From Bdellovibrionales bacterium (GTDB lineage: Bacteria; Bdellovibrionota; Bdellovibrionia; Bdellovibrionales; UBA1609), in the NCBI GenBank assembly GCA_965203785.1, contig OZ241911.1:23760-87759 (forward strand): 64,000 nucleotides of DNA. The letters are read 5' to 3'. A program made the position numbers and the translations under genes. Positions 43,006 through 54,838 of the stretch are shown here, piece by piece (the stretch's first letter is position 1; each line of letters begins with the position of its first letter). The notes below the pieces were generated by a model. The model was not told where the DNA came from. It did not search any database and saw nothing but the letters and a program-made list of their open reading frames with translations.

Positions 43006-44376
43006 ATGACAGATTCTACAAAAAATTTAAAAAATATTTTATCTGATGATCAAATAACTTCCCAAGCAGACCAATTAAAAACATACGGAAGAGATTGGCT
43101 GAAGTGTTATCCTTCTCGACCCAGTTTAATTTTATTTCCTCACTCTCATCGTCAGGTGGAAGACATTGTCCGGTGGGCTATTCAATTTAAACAAGCACTG
43201 GTTCCCTCTGGAGGGCGAACCGGATTAAGTGGTGGAGCTAACGCACAAAAAAAAGAAGTAGTGGTTTCTTTTGAACGCATGAATCAAATTTTAGATTTTA
43301 ACAAAATAGAAAACAGCTTATGTGTTCAACCAGGGGTCATAACAAAAACAATACAAGAAGAAGCTAAAAAAAAATCTTTATATTTTCCGTTATCTTTTGC
43401 TTCCGAAGGATCCAGTCAGATTGGTGGTAACACGGCAACAAATGCAGGAGGAGTGCATGTGATTCGCTACGGACTTTTGAGAGCATGGATATTAAGTTTA
43501 AAAGTGGTAACTGGTGCTGGTCACACTTTATCTCTGGGAAAAGAGCTTATTAAAAATATGGCTGGATATAATTTAATAAATCTTTTTATTGGTTCAGAAG
43601 GAACTTTAGGTTTGATTACACAAATTACATTAAAATTAGCTAAACCTCCTTTACCTTCTTGCGTTTTGTTATTAGCTATTCCTAATTTACAATCTCTTAT
43701 GGAACTTTATAATTTGTTTAAAACACAACTTTCTTTAAGAGCTTTTGAAGTTTTTACAAACGAAGCTGTCAAATATGTTAGTCCAACAGTGAGTGTTACT
43801 TTCCCTTTAAAAAAGAGCGATTACTACATTCTCATCGAATGTGATCAACAAGATCAATCTCAAATTTTACAGCTTTTTGAAACTGCACATAAAAATCAGC
43901 TCATCCAAGATGGGGTGATTAGTGAAAGTCCAAGCCAAGCTCTTCAGTTTTGGGCTTTTAGAGAAAACATCAGCGAATCTCTTTCTTCGTTTTTTCCTTA
44001 TAAAAACGATATTTCTGTTCGTCCATCTTGTGTTCCAAAATTTTTATCTGAACTGAATCAAGTGATACAAAAACAATATCCTGATTTTGTAGTCATCTGG
44101 TTTGGTCACTTAGGAGACGGCAATCTCCATATTAATATCTTAAAGCCAGAAAAAGAAAGTCCAGACAGTTTTTTAAAAAAATGTAGAGAACTAAATAAAA
44201 TTTTATTTTCTTTAGTTCAAAAATATAAAGGTTCTATTTCTGCAGAACATGGAGTGGGTTTATTAAAAAAAAATTATTTGCATTACTCTTGCTCAAAAGA
44301 GGAAATCCAATATATGAAAGCCATTAAAAATATTTTTGACCCTCATGGAATTTTAAATCCCGGAAAGATTTTTTAA
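43006..44376 (+). CDS. FAD-linked oxidase (GlcD / D-2-hydroxyacid dehydrogenase family)
   Basis: LVPSGGRTGLSGGA, GSEGTLGLITQITLKL, SAEHGVGLLK. Confidence 0.85.
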   Translation: MTDSTKNLKNILSDDQITSQADQLKTYGRDWLKCYPSRPSLILFPHSHRQVEDIVRWAIQFKQALVPSGGRTGLSGGANAQKKEVVVSFERMNQILDFNKIENSLCVQPGVITKTIQEEAKKKSLYFPLSFASEGSSQIGGNTATNAGGVHVIRYGLLRAWILSLKVVTGAGHTLSLGKELIKNMAGYNLINLFIGSEGTLGLITQITLKLAKPPLPSCVLLLAIPNLQSLMELYNLFKTQLSLRAFEVFTNEAVKYVSPTVSVTFPLKKSDYYILIECDQQDQSQILQLFETAHKNQLIQDGVISESPSQALQFWAFRENISESLSSFFPYKNDISVRPSCVPKFLSELNQVIQKQYPDFVVIWFGHLGDGNLHINILKPEKESPDSFLKKCRELNKILFSLVQKYKGSISAEHGVGLLKKNYLHYSCSKEEIQYMKAIKNIFDPHGILNPGKIF

Positions 44377-45173
44377 ATTTTATGACGGGTAAAATGATTA
44401 AAAGGTGGTCGTTTTAACAACATAGAAAGAAAACCCCAAGCCGTGCTAAACAAATAACGTTGTTCTTCTACAAGGTCTTGTGTGAGACATTGTGGACTGT
44501 TAGGTTCTGTTTTACAAATTTGATCCATAGAATAAATAAGTTGCATCTGACCTAAAAGGCGTCTGGTAGCAGATGTGTCCCCTTCTTCTTTGTGTTTTTC
44601 TTCAATATATTTAATAGCTGATAACAGATACTCTGCGTTATTGTATTTGCGATAATAATCGATGTAATACAAAATAAGCATCCACCGACCCAAATGATGT
44701 CCACGAGCAGCTACTAAATAAGGGGTAATGTGTTGATGAGTTTGTTGTTTAAGATAAATCAGACCTAAAGCTCCCGCTGAAATGCTTCTGGTTTGATCAT
44801 CCGTTTTAGAAATATTGTAAGCTCTCTTTAACCAATGTTCTGCTTTTGGTAAATTATTTAACTGGTAATTAATGCAACCAATCACTGCCATCATCGGCGG
44901 ATTTGGAACATCTAAGGTGATCGAGCTGGTTAACTCTTTTAATTGATTCTGAAGTAAAGAGCGATTTTTATAATTCATAAAGCAAGAATCAAACTCTATA
45001 GAAGGAAAAATCTTCTGCCCTCCACAAGAGCTAAAAAATAATAGAGAAATGATTGCCACAAAATGTTTGAAGTCTTTCAAAATAATATCACCTCGGTTTA
45101 AAGTTCCACTTAAAGTCCCATTTAAAAACCTGTAAACCCTATAACGCTTGTAAATCCAGTTGACAAAAGCCAT
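44373..45173 (-). CDS. hypothetical protein (helical-repeat-like)
   Basis: 266 aa with an N-terminal hydrophobic segment. 4-nt convergent overlap with the 43006..44376 stop. No firm motif. Confidence 0.4.
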   Translation of the reverse strand: MAFVNWIYKRYRVYRFLNGTLSGTLNRGDIILKDFKHFVAIISLLFFSSCGGQKIFPSIEFDSCFMNYKNRSLLQNQLKELTSSITLDVPNPPMMAVIGCINYQLNNLPKAEHWLKRAYNISKTDDQTRSISAGALGLIYLKQQTHQHITPYLVAARGHHLGRWMLILYYIDYYRKYNNAEYLLSAIKYIEEKHKEEGDTSATRRLLGQMQLIYSMDQICKTEPNSPQCLTQDLVEEQRYLFSTAWGFLSMLLKRPPFNHFTRHKI

Positions 45174-45260
45174 TAACAGTTGAACCCTCTTTTTGTATTA
45201 TTAAAGGCTATCATCCAATAGGCAAATGTTTTTATATAGAAAGGAGCAAGTTCTGTCTCT

Positions 45261-46085
45261 ATGCAATATTTTAAGCTAAAAAATGGAACTCAAATACCTA
45301 AATTAGGTTTCGGCACATGGTTGATTAAGGGCAATCAATGTGTGGACGCTGTCCGAAATGCTTTAGAAATTGGATATCGCCACATCGATACAGCTCAAAT
45401 TTATGAAAACGAAAGCCAAGTTGGACATGCGATAGCTGATTCTAAAGTGCCACGAGAAGAGATTTTTCTTACAACTAAAGTCTGGAAAGACGCCCTTCAT
45501 CCAAAAGCAGTCAGAGAAAGCACAGAAGAAAGTTTAAAAAAACTTAAAACAGATTATGTGGACTTATTGCTGATTCATTGGCCAAATGCTTGCATCCCGA
45601 TTAAAGAGACAATATCGGCAATGTGTCATCTTCAATCCGAGGGGAAGGTGCGATTTTTAGGTGTCAGTAATTTTCCGTTGGAGTTATTAGAAATAGCTCA
45701 GCAATTGACCCCTCAGTGGATGGTATGCAATCAAGTGGAGTATCATCCGTATTTAGATCAAAGGGTATTATTAAAAGCTGTTCGAAAACATGGAATGTTT
45801 TTAACTGCCTATTCTCCTTTAGCTAGAGGAAAAGTTTTTAAAGATAGTATTTTGCAAAAAATAGCTAAGAAATATAACAAAACAGTTGGTCAAGTGGTTT
45901 TGCGATGGCTGATCGAACAAGATTGTGTAATAGCAATTCCAAAAGCTAATCGGAAAAGTCATGCCCAATCTAATTTTGATATTTTTGATTTTCAGTTAAG
46001 TGAAACCGATCGTTTGACTTTATCGGGCTTACGATCTCAAAACAAAAGATTGGTGAATCCCGATTGGGCTTTAGAATGGGATTAA
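45261..46085 (+). CDS. aldo/keto reductase (DkgA-like)
   Basis: GFGTWLIKG, YRHIDTAQIYENE, LLLIHWP, SNF...L, YSPLARG. Confidence 0.9.
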   Translation: MQYFKLKNGTQIPKLGFGTWLIKGNQCVDAVRNALEIGYRHIDTAQIYENESQVGHAIADSKVPREEIFLTTKVWKDALHPKAVRESTEESLKKLKTDYVDLLLIHWPNACIPIKETISAMCHLQSEGKVRFLGVSNFPLELLEIAQQLTPQWMVCNQVEYHPYLDQRVLLKAVRKHGMFLTAYSPLARGKVFKDSILQKIAKKYNKTVGQVVLRWLIEQDCVIAIPKANRKSHAQSNFDIFDFQLSETDRLTLSGLRSQNKRLVNPDWALEWD

Positions 46086-47264
46086 TTATTTACTTGAGGG
46101 GGGAGTGTTTGAAGAGGGGGGAATGTTTGAGGGAGCTTGAGAGGGTTGAGAAGGTTGAGGGAGGCTTTCCACATGCAATGTTTGCGTAGGAAATGCAAAA
46201 CTAACATTTAACTTTTCAGATAATTTTAAAATTTCCATAAATATATTTTGCTTTTGTTTTAATTCAGCTTCCCAAGTGGAAACAGTTAGAAAAAAATTAA
46301 CAATAATTTTTAATTCCGAAGCACCAAATTCTGTAAAATACACCTGAAAATAATCATGTCGAACATAAGAATTATTTTTTAGAATTTGTTCGATACCAGC
46401 AATAAATTGTGTCAGCTGGTGCGGCGAAGTATTGTATTGAACGCCTAAGTAAGTACGGATTCTTCTGGCTTTTCTTTTTTTCATATTATCGATATGAGCA
46501 GCTGCTACAACTGAATTGGGTACAGAAATGACCGAATCGTAAAAAGTTTTAATTTTACAAGAGCGAAACCCCACATCCACTACATTGCCTTCGATCTCAT
46601 TAAAATAAACCCAATCCCCAATCGAAAAAGGTTTGTCCAACATAATATTCAAATAAGCCAATATATTAGAAGCAGAATCTTTAGCCGCCAATGCTAAGGC
46701 GACACCCCCAAGCCCTAAACCCGCCATTAAAGACATCACATTGACACCTAAATTTTGTAATACCAATAACCCTCCAAACCCTGCCACAGCAATTTTAACA
46801 AATCGAATAACAAACGGCTTAAAATGCGTACGCAAAGATGAATCTTTTTGGACATCAGACACTCTTTCGATCAGCCAACCCACCAAATGATCGGTGACAT
46901 TGTAAGTCAACCAAACCAAACCAAAGCCGATAATTCCTTTAATTACAAAAATAATACCTGAAATAATTAACAAAGTAATACGCCCTGAGGGGTGCCAAAT
47001 AACCGGTAAAATATTTAAAAAAGCTAGCCATACAACAGTTGAAATAATGAGCTGAAGTGGTTGTTCCACAGATTTTAAGAGAGCCGTTCCCCATGGCTTT
47101 GTATGAGTCAATTTTTTTAAAATTTTACACACAATAAAATAAATTGGTTGCCTTAAAAAAAGTGCTCCAATAAAAATAAAAATTGTAAGAATCAACATAA
47201 CCGACCAATTGCCTTCAACCGGGATTTGCTTGGATAAAAAATCCATTCCATCTGGTTTCATCAT
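46086..47264 (-). CDS. mechanosensitive ion channel (MscS family)
   Basis: Multi-TM N-terminus. PFSIGDWVYFNEIEGNVVDVGFRSCKIKTFYDSVISVPNS. C-terminal P/S/Q repeat tail. Confidence 0.85.
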   Translation of the reverse strand: MMKPDGMDFLSKQIPVEGNWSVMLILTIFIFIGALFLRQPIYFIVCKILKKLTHTKPWGTALLKSVEQPLQLIISTVVWLAFLNILPVIWHPSGRITLLIISGIIFVIKGIIGFGLVWLTYNVTDHLVGWLIERVSDVQKDSSLRTHFKPFVIRFVKIAVAGFGGLLVLQNLGVNVMSLMAGLGLGGVALALAAKDSASNILAYLNIMLDKPFSIGDWVYFNEIEGNVVDVGFRSCKIKTFYDSVISVPNSVVAAAHIDNMKKRKARRIRTYLGVQYNTSPHQLTQFIAGIEQILKNNSYVRHDYFQVYFTEFGASELKIIVNFFLTVSTWEAELKQKQNIFMEILKLSEKLNVSFAFPTQTLHVESLPQPSQPSQAPSNIPPSSNTPPSSK

Positions 47265-48212
47265 TTAATAACCTTGTTGGCTCATCCACTGAGGATCTAT
47301 AAATTTACTCATATAGTTTCTCACTCCATCTGGTAATATCACAATACATTTTTGTCCCTTCTTAAGTTGCTTGGCTTCTTTCATCACAGCTACTAAAGCA
47401 GATCCGCTGGAGCCTCCACACAAAAGTCCTTCTTTTTGAATCAATTTTTGAGCCATATCAAAAGACTCCGCATCCGTTGTCTTTACCCATTTTGTAACTT
47501 GCGAGCGATCCAAAACAGCTGGAACAAAATCGTAGCCAATCCCTTCCACTGCATAAGTTTGAATGGGTCCATCGCCTGCTAAAATAGATCCCACTGGGTC
47601 TACTCCCACCACTACACAATCTGGACACGACTCCTTAATACGACAAGAAAGACCTGTGATGGTGCCACCAGTCCCAACACCTACTACCACCATATCCACC
47701 TGACCATTCATGTCTTCTAAAATTTCATAAGCCGTTTCTTCATAATGAGCTTTAATATTATCCTCATTAGCATATTGATCCAACATAAAAGCCCTTGGGA
47801 TTTCTTTAGCCAGACGACAAGCTAAACTGATATGACTGTCTGGATGATCAAACGAAACATCCGTTGGGGTTCTTCGAATTTGTGCTCCCAAAGCTTTTAA
47901 AATGAGTTCTTTTTCCATGCTCATTTTTTCTGGCAAAACGATAATCACTCGATAGCCCCTCACCGCTCCTACGAGGGCTAAGCCAATGCCAGTATTTCCA
48001 CTGGTTGGTTCAATTAAAGTATCCCCTTTTCGAATTAAGCCATTTTTTTCAGCCTGACAAACCATGCGGTAAGCAATGCGATCTTTAACCGACCCACCGG
48101 GATTAAAAAATTCACACTTGGCATACACTTCGCAATCTAAATTGGCACATAGTGTATTCAGCTTTACTAAAGGAGTCCGACCAATAGTTTCTAAAATATT
48201 TTGATACAACAT
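47265..48212 (-). CDS. PLP-dependent cysteine synthase / cystathionine beta-synthase-like enzyme
   Basis: NPGGSVKDR (PLP Lys), EPTSGNTGIGLA, GVGTGGTITG, GGSSGSAL. Confidence 0.85.
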   Translation of the reverse strand: MLYQNILETIGRTPLVKLNTLCANLDCEVYAKCEFFNPGGSVKDRIAYRMVCQAEKNGLIRKGDTLIEPTSGNTGIGLALVGAVRGYRVIIVLPEKMSMEKELILKALGAQIRRTPTDVSFDHPDSHISLACRLAKEIPRAFMLDQYANEDNIKAHYEETAYEILEDMNGQVDMVVVGVGTGGTITGLSCRIKESCPDCVVVGVDPVGSILAGDGPIQTYAVEGIGYDFVPAVLDRSQVTKWVKTTDAESFDMAQKLIQKEGLLCGGSSGSALVAVMKEAKQLKKGQKCIVILPDGVRNYMSKFIDPQWMSQQGY

Positions 48213-48385
48213 ATCAACATCAGTTATAACCTGTATTTAAAATAATTTAAACCCTTTTTAAATACCCTTTTTCAGACTAAGAAATGTTTTCATTTAGTTT
48301 TCATATACATATCATTTGATTGTCATATAATTATTTTTAGTTAAATTTCTTGGAGTTTTTTAACCCAACCAGTTAAGTTTTAAAC

Positions 48386-48619
48386 ATGACTTGCAATTTA
48401 AAAGATCTACCAGAAAAAACGCTTGCACAAATTACCAACATAAACGGTCAGTCGCACATCATCCAGTATTTAATGAGCATGGGGCTTTGTCATGCCACTT
48501 TTATTAAAGTGATTAGAAAACTGTTTTTTTCTAGTAATTATGTGATTGAAGTCGGAGATGAGCGTCTTGTGTTAAGAAAACAGGAAGCTCAATGTCTACA
48601 AGTAACTACCTTATCTTAG
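48386..48619 (+). CDS. feoA: ferrous iron transport protein A
   Basis: 77-aa SH3-like FeoA pattern, located immediately upstream of feoB. Confidence 0.75.
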   Translation: MTCNLKDLPEKTLAQITNINGQSHIIQYLMSMGLCHATFIKVIRKLFFSSNYVIEVGDERLVLRKQEAQCLQVTTLS

Positions 48620-50559
48620 TTGGTCCCCCAAATAGCGGTAAAACAACCCTCTTTAATTGGATCACAGGTTATAAAAGACAAGTTGTTAATTATCCGGGTT
48701 CTACTATTGATCTTTTTTTTGGATCTATTCGTAACCAAACAAATGCTCCTGCTTGGAATATTGTAGATACTCCAGGTATTTACCATTTGTTTTCAAAAAA
48801 TAACGACACAAAATATGGTGGTGCAGAAGAACAAATTGTCCAAAAAATATTAGAAGATTCGATCCAAAAAGAAGAATTAAGAGGAGTGATTTTAGTATTA
48901 GATTCCACTCGTCTCGCCCGCCAACTTCCACTGGCTTTTTATTTACAATCTATGGGTATTCCCTTCGTTATAGCACTCACTATGTACGACCTTCAAAAAA
49001 AACAAAAAGAGTTAGACTTGGCTCTTCTATCTAAAAAACTTAAAACTCCGGTCTATCCTATCGAAGGATTATTAGGAGGCGGAATTAGAAAACTACTTCT
49101 AGGAGTATACGATTACTTTAAGCAAAAAATTAAACCAGCCAATGTATCTGAAACAAATGTGTCTCAACTGGGTATGTCTCAAGCAAATGTATCTCAAGCA
49201 AGCATGTTCCAAGCAATTGCTTGGTCAGAAAAACAACAAGCACAATATCTAAAGAAAGCACACAATATTGTTCAATCGGTTTACTTTTCAAAAAAAGAAA
49301 GTTTGACAAAAAATATTAATCAACTCACTCAACGATTAGATTCTTGGTTATTGCATCCGGTATTTGGTTTTGGGTTTTTATCTTTAATTTTATTTATATT
49401 TTTTTCAGGTATTTTTTGGGTATCTCAACCTTTAATGGATGGAATTGATAGCAGTTTTAATTGGCTGGCAGAACAAATATCTGCATGGGGGAGTGGGGAA
49501 GGAGGTAGAAAAAATCAAATAATTGATTTTTTAGCCAACGGAGTGATAGTTAGTTTTGGTGCATTTTTTGTTTTTGTTCCTCAAGTGTTTATTTTATTTT
49601 TTGGCATTCATTTCTTAGAGGCCAGTGGTTATTTGGCACGAGCAGTGTCCTTAGTAGACGGTCCGTTTGCTCGAATTGGATTGAGTGGAAAATCGTTGAT
49701 CCCTTTTTTATCTGGTTTTGCCTGTGCTATCCCAGCTGTTTTATCTACTCGAACCATTACCTCCAAAAGAGAAAAATGGATTACAATTTTTGTTATCCCG
49801 TTGATGACTTGTTCTGCTCGACTGCCAGTTTATGCCTTATTGTTAAGTTTTTTATTTTTTAACGAACCCGCTTGGAAGCCAGGCATTATGATGGCTTTAC
49901 TTTATTTTTTTTCTTTGTTTTTGGGTGTGTTCGGAGCTGGGATTTTGAATTTTTTTCTTAAAAAAGAAACCAAGTCAGATTTTATGATAGAACTTCCCCT
50001 CTATAGACGACCTCTTTTGTCTCATTTGATATCTAATTCTTGGTCTCGCACAAAGCATTTTATTTGGAAAGCAGGACCTGTCATTTGTCTATTGGCTTTG
50101 TTAATGTGGGGAGCCTTACACTTTCCTCAACATCCAGAATTAAACTCTAAGAAACAAATTCAAAACAGTTATGCAGGTCAGTTTGGTCAATTAATTGAGC
50201 CGGTGTTTCATCCCATGGGGGTTGATTGGAGAGTTGGCGTCAGCTTGCTTTCTGCTTTTGTAGCACGCGAAGTTTTTGTATCCGTATTGGCTGTGACTTT
50301 ACAAAACACCTCAAGCCAAAAACATTCTTCTTCTCTATTACAAAATGCAAAACTGGCCCGTAAACCCAACGGGCAATTTTTATTTTCTATAAAAAGTGTG
50401 ATGAGTTTACTGGTGTTTTTTATATTTTCACTTCAATGCCTATCCACAACGGGCATTGTGTATAAAGAAACAGGATCTTGGAAGTTTGCTAGTTTGCAAT
50501 TAGTTATTTTTAATATCTTAGGATATTTTGGAGCTGTTCTCACTTATCATTTATTTTAA
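48592..50559 (+). CDS. feoB: ferrous iron transport protein B
   Basis: G-domain [21 protein letters not shown], then a polytopic membrane domain. A low-complexity NVS/Q insert lies between the two domains. Confidence 0.9.
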   Translation: MSTSNYLILVGPPNSGKTTLFNWITGYKRQVVNYPGSTIDLFFGSIRNQTNAPAWNIVDTPGIYHLFSKNNDTKYGGAEEQIVQKILEDSIQKEELRGVILVLDSTRLARQLPLAFYLQSMGIPFVIALTMYDLQKKQKELDLALLSKKLKTPVYPIEGLLGGGIRKLLLGVYDYFKQKIKPANVSETNVSQLGMSQANVSQASMFQAIAWSEKQQAQYLKKAHNIVQSVYFSKKESLTKNINQLTQRLDSWLLHPVFGFGFLSLILFIFFSGIFWVSQPLMDGIDSSFNWLAEQISAWGSGEGGRKNQIIDFLANGVIVSFGAFFVFVPQVFILFFGIHFLEASGYLARAVSLVDGPFARIGLSGKSLIPFLSGFACAIPAVLSTRTITSKREKWITIFVIPLMTCSARLPVYALLLSFLFFNEPAWKPGIMMALLYFFSLFLGVFGAGILNFFLKKETKSDFMIELPLYRRPLLSHLISNSWSRTKHFIWKAGPVICLLALLMWGALHFPQHPELNSKKQIQNSYAGQFGQLIEPVFHPMGVDWRVGVSLLSAFVAREVFVSVLAVTLQNTSSQKHSSSLLQNAKLARKPNGQFLFSIKSVMSLLVFFIFSLQCLSTTGIVYKETGSWKFASLQLVIFNILGYFGAVLTYHLF

Positions 50560-51288
50560 TTGAGCTTTAATGTATTCTTTGTTCATACGAGCAATAGAAG
50601 TTAGAGGTATTTCTTTTGGACAAGCTTTAGAGCAAGCCCCCGTGTTTGTGCAAGCACCAAATTCTTTTTCCATTTGTTGGACCATTTGTCGCACACGAGT
50701 CTTTCGTTCTATTTTCCCTTGAGGAAGTAAAGACAAATGAGTCACTTTTGCCGCTGTAAATAAAGAAGCAGATGCATTTTTACAAACCGCCACACATGCT
50801 CCACAGCCAATACAAGCTGCATTTATAAATGCTCTGTCTGCCGAAGATTTATCCACAGGCATGGCATGAGCTGATGGTGCAGAACCCGTTCGAACAGATA
50901 TGTATCCACCTTGCATAATAATACGATCTAAAGAAGAACGATCAACCATTAAATCTTGCACCACTGGAAAAGCCTTTGCTCGAAAGGGCTCTATCCAAAG
51001 TGTATCTCCACTTTTAAAAGAACGAAGATGTAACTGACAAACAGTTGTGCCAATGTGCGGACCATGAGGACTACCATTTATCACCATAGAACATGCTCCA
51101 CATATCCCCTCTCGACAATCACTATCAAATACAACTGGCTTTTCTCCTTTAATAATTAATTGTTCGTTCAAATAATCTAGCATTTCTAAAAAAGATAATG
51201 CTGGACTTAAATCTGATAAAACATAGTCGACAAACTCCCCTTTGTGATGAGGTCCTTTTTGTCTCCAAATTTTTAAATTTAACTTCAT
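50551..51288 (-). CDS. sdhB: succinate dehydrogenase/fumarate reductase iron-sulfur subunit
   Basis: [38 protein letters not shown]. Confidence 0.9.
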   Translation of the reverse strand: MKLNLKIWRQKGPHHKGEFVDYVLSDLSPALSFLEMLDYLNEQLIIKGEKPVVFDSDCREGICGACSMVINGSPHGPHIGTTVCQLHLRSFKSGDTLWIEPFRAKAFPVVQDLMVDRSSLDRIIMQGGYISVRTGSAPSAHAMPVDKSSADRAFINAACIGCGACVAVCKNASASLFTAAKVTHLSLLPQGKIERKTRVRQMVQQMEKEFGACTNTGACSKACPKEIPLTSIARMNKEYIKAQLK

Positions 51289-51317
51289 AAATTATATCTC
51301 CATGTTTTTATTTGTTG

Positions 51318-53267
51318 CTATTTATAACTTCGGATAGTTAAAGGGATGGACTTAAATTGAAGAGGTTCTTTGTGCAGAGTCCACTGCAATTTTTGGCTCG
51401 GTTTCGAACGATCGACCAGATACTTCCACGCCGATACATGACAAAAGTTTTTATCGTCTCTAATGGCTTCTTGTTTTTTGTTTTGGTATTCTGTACGAAA
51501 ATGAGAACCGCAAGATTCACATCTTTCTAAAGCATCCCGAGCCATAAGTTCTCCTAATTCTAAAAAATCAGAAAGTCTTAAAGCTTTTTCTAATTCTGGA
51601 TTGCAAGTGTTTAACTCTCCTGGCACACAAACTTCTTGCCAAAAAAATTCTCTTAAATTGGCAATTTCTTTTAAAGCTATTTTTAAACTTTCTTCACTTC
51701 TAATCATTCCAACATGTTCCCATAAAATGTTTCCTAATTTTTGGTGAATCGAGTTAACCGTTTTTTTGCCCTTAATTTGCAATAAAGTATTTAATTGATT
51801 TTTTACATGATTTTGACTTTCTTTGAGGGCAGATTGGCAAGTTTGATCGTTTGGTAAATTCAAATGAGCTAAGTAATGAGCTATGGTCCGAGAAATAATA
51901 AAATATCCATCCCCTAAACCTTGCATTAACGCCGAAGCACCCAAGCGATTAGCCCCGTGATCTGAAAAATTAGCTTCTCCTAAAACAAACAAACCTTTAA
52001 CAGTGCTTTGCAAATGATAATCCACCCACAAACCTCCCATTGTGTAATGAACAGCTGGGTAAATACGCATAGGAGTTTTACGAGGATTATCTCCTGTGAT
52101 TTTTTCGTATATGTGAAATAAATTGCCGTATCTTTCTTCTAAAACAGATTCTCCCACATTTTGCATGGCGGTTTTAAAATCTAAATAAACAGCCTCTCCT
52201 GTCTGACCAACACCGAGACCTTTATCCACTTGAAATTTAGCTTGCCTAGATGCCAAATCCCTTGGTACAAGATTGCCAAAAGCGGGATAAATTCTTTCTA
52301 AATAATAATCTCTTTCATTTTCTGGTATTTGCTCTGGAGTTCGCGAGTCTTTCGCTTTTAAAGGTACCCACACTCTTCCATCATTTCTTAAAGATTCAGA
52401 TAATAAAGTTAACTTGGATTGATAATGCCCTGAACGAGGAATACAAGTAGGATGAATTTGCGTAAAACAAGGGTTGGCAAAATAAGCTCCTTTTTTATGA
52501 CACCTCCAAGCTGCACTGGCATTGGAGCTAATGGCGTTAGTAGAAAGGTAAAAAATATTTCCATACCCTCCAGTTGCTAAAACCACTGCATGCGAAAAAT
52601 GACTTTCAATTTCCCCAGTTACTAAGTTTCGAGTCACAATTCCAATGGCTTGCTGAGACCCGCCTTCGTCACACACTATTAAATCCATCATCTCATAGCG
52701 AGAGTGAAGACTGACCCGACCAACAGATACTTGTCGCATTAAAGCACTATAAGCTCCTAAAAGAAGTTGCTGACCAGTTTGCCCTCGAGCATAAAAAGTT
52801 CTAGAAACTTGTGCACCACCAAAAGAACGGTTCGCCAAAAGACCTCCGTACTCTCTGGCAAAAGGCACCCCAAGTGCTACGCAATGATCAATAATCTGAT
52901 TAGATACTTGAGCTAAACGATAGACATTAGCTTCTCTGGATCGAAAATCCCCTCCCTTAATGGTATCGTAAAAAAGCCTGTGAATCGAATCTCCATCCCC
53001 CGAATAATTTTTAGCCGCATTAATTCCCCCTTGTGCAGCAATAGAATGTGCACGCCTTGGAGAATCTTGTATGCAAAAAATTTTTACTCGATATCCTAAC
53101 TCCCCTAAACTAGCTCCCGCCCCAGCTCCGGCTAAGCCAGTTCCGACTACAATGACAGAATGTTGCTTTCGTCTACTGGGACTCACTAAAGAAAGATCTT
53201 TTTGGCAATTGTCCCATTTATCTTCTATCGAGCCAGCTGGAATTTTTGCATCTAAAAAATTATTCAT
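51318..53267 (-). CDS. sdhA: succinate dehydrogenase/fumarate reductase flavoprotein subunit
   Basis: [47 protein letters not shown]. Confidence 0.9.
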   Translation of the reverse strand: MNNFLDAKIPAGSIEDKWDNCQKDLSLVSPSRRKQHSVIVVGTGLAGAGAGASLGELGYRVKIFCIQDSPRRAHSIAAQGGINAAKNYSGDGDSIHRLFYDTIKGGDFRSREANVYRLAQVSNQIIDHCVALGVPFAREYGGLLANRSFGGAQVSRTFYARGQTGQQLLLGAYSALMRQVSVGRVSLHSRYEMMDLIVCDEGGSQQAIGIVTRNLVTGEIESHFSHAVVLATGGYGNIFYLSTNAISSNASAAWRCHKKGAYFANPCFTQIHPTCIPRSGHYQSKLTLLSESLRNDGRVWVPLKAKDSRTPEQIPENERDYYLERIYPAFGNLVPRDLASRQAKFQVDKGLGVGQTGEAVYLDFKTAMQNVGESVLEERYGNLFHIYEKITGDNPRKTPMRIYPAVHYTMGGLWVDYHLQSTVKGLFVLGEANFSDHGANRLGASALMQGLGDGYFIISRTIAHYLAHLNLPNDQTCQSALKESQNHVKNQLNTLLQIKGKKTVNSIHQKLGNILWEHVGMIRSEESLKIALKEIANLREFFWQEVCVPGELNTCNPELEKALRLSDFLELGELMARDALERCESCGSHFRTEYQNKKQEAIRDDKNFCHVSAWKYLVDRSKPSQKLQWTLHKEPLQFKSIPLTIRSYK

Positions 53268-53315
53268 TATTTAAAATAAACCTCTCACCTTATACTCTTA
53301 CTTTATACTCTCATC

Positions 53316-53969
53316 TTATAAAATAAAAAACACATAAAGGGGTTGAGACATATAGCCTAAAACTACAAAGCTTACATAAAACCAACCCATCCATTTCAAT
53401 CCAACTTGTATACTCCGCCTCTCCATCCCCAAAGACTTAAAAGACGAATCCCAACCATGAAGCAAATGAAAAAACAACACGCTTAAAGCTACTAAATACC
53501 AAAATAAAACTAAAGGTTGCTGAAAAAGTTCCACCACTAAACGAAACAAATCTCGCACCAATTTTCCGTCATAACTGACTTCGTAATATGTTCCAAATTT
53601 AAATGTAATGAGGTGTAAAATCACAAAAACTAAAATCACCGCCCCTTGGGCTAATAAAGTTCGCTGATAAAGTGGAGTTGCCTTCCAACCTTGTGGTTTA
53701 ACAGCATATCCTATTTTTCGACTGAAATAATTTTTCACACTCAATATCAAAGCCAATATAATGTGCGAAATAAACAGCAAAACCAAGCCAAGTTCTAAAA
53801 TAATCACCCAATCTTGAGTCATCTGATGAGCGTATAAATTATAGACTTTCGGCCCGGCAAAAATGAGTAAATTCCCCAACATGTGTACCAGCAAAAAGAG
53901 GATCATTCCAAGACCACTTAGCCCCATAATAAACTTTTGTCCAATAGAAGAAATAAAAAAACTTCTCAT
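53316..53969 (-). CDS. sdhC: succinate dehydrogenase/fumarate reductase cytochrome b subunit (five-TM type)
   Basis: 217 aa, five hydrophobic helices with conserved His residues. First gene of the sdhCAB operon. Confidence 0.75.
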   Translation of the reverse strand: MRSFFISSIGQKFIMGLSGLGMILFLLVHMLGNLLIFAGPKVYNLYAHQMTQDWVIILELGLVLLFISHIILALILSVKNYFSRKIGYAVKPQGWKATPLYQRTLLAQGAVILVFVILHLITFKFGTYYEVSYDGKLVRDLFRLVVELFQQPLVLFWYLVALSVLFFHLLHGWDSSFKSLGMERRSIQVGLKWMGWFYVSFVVLGYMSQPLYVFFIL

Positions 53970-54021
53970 ATTTCAAAGCTCCATTTATAACTTTAAAGTA
54001 ACATAATCAAAGAGGTCCAGT

Positions 54022-54834
54022 ATGAATATTTTTGTTTGTTTAAAACAAGTGCCAGACACAGCCAGTCGAATTCAACTCTTACCAGATGCAAATGGTATAG
54101 ACGAAACCCACTTAGAGTGGATCATCAACCCTTACGATGAGTTTGCTTTAGAAGCGGCCCTGCAAATTAAAGAAAAGCACAAAGGCCAGGTGAATGTTTT
54201 GAGCTTAGGTCCAAAACGAGTGGAAAACGCCCTCCGACGAGCATTGGCAATGGGAGCTGACCAAGCTTATCTTGTGGAATGTGGGGAAACTCAAGATCCA
54301 TCTCTTATAAGCCTTGCTTGTGCTGAAGTGATCCAAACAATTAGCTCTGCTGATTCTGGTTCTGCTGGTTCTGCTGGTTTTTTGCCAGATTTGATTCTTA
54401 TGGGAAAAACCAGTGTAGATTTTAATCACTCGGCAACTGGTCCTATGTTGGCTGAACACTTAAATTTACCACATATTGGATTTGTAACTTGTATTAAAAA
54501 CATAGCCGATACAAAGGAGTCCAAAATAACTGTCGAAAGACCACTTAATGAAGCAAAAGAGACCATCACCACTGGTTTGCCACTTTTGCTCACTGTAGAA
54601 AAAGGGATCAATCAACCGCGCTACCCATCTTTACCCGGTATTATACAAGCCAAAAAAAAACCATTAAAAATAATTCCTCTGAGTTCTCTAAAAGCTCAAA
54701 ATCATCAATCCAGCATCCAGTTTCGCTCTTATCAATTGCCTCAAAGTCCTAAAGCTCAAATACTATCTGGAACTTCTGAACAACAAGTTAAACAACTGGT
54801 TCAAATTTTAAGAGATAAAGAAAAGGTCCTATAA
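54022..54834 (+). CDS. etfB: electron transfer flavoprotein beta subunit
   Basis: MNIFVCLKQVPDT, INPYDEFALEAAL, DLILMGKTSVD. Confidence 0.9.
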   Translation: MNIFVCLKQVPDTASRIQLLPDANGIDETHLEWIINPYDEFALEAALQIKEKHKGQVNVLSLGPKRVENALRRALAMGADQAYLVECGETQDPSLISLACAEVIQTISSADSGSAGSAGFLPDLILMGKTSVDFNHSATGPMLAEHLNLPHIGFVTCIKNIADTKESKITVERPLNEAKETITTGLPLLLTVEKGINQPRYPSLPGIIQAKKKPLKIIPLSSLKAQNHQSSIQFRSYQLPQSPKAQILSGTSEQQVKQLVQILRDKEKVL

Positions 54835-54838
54835 ACCC

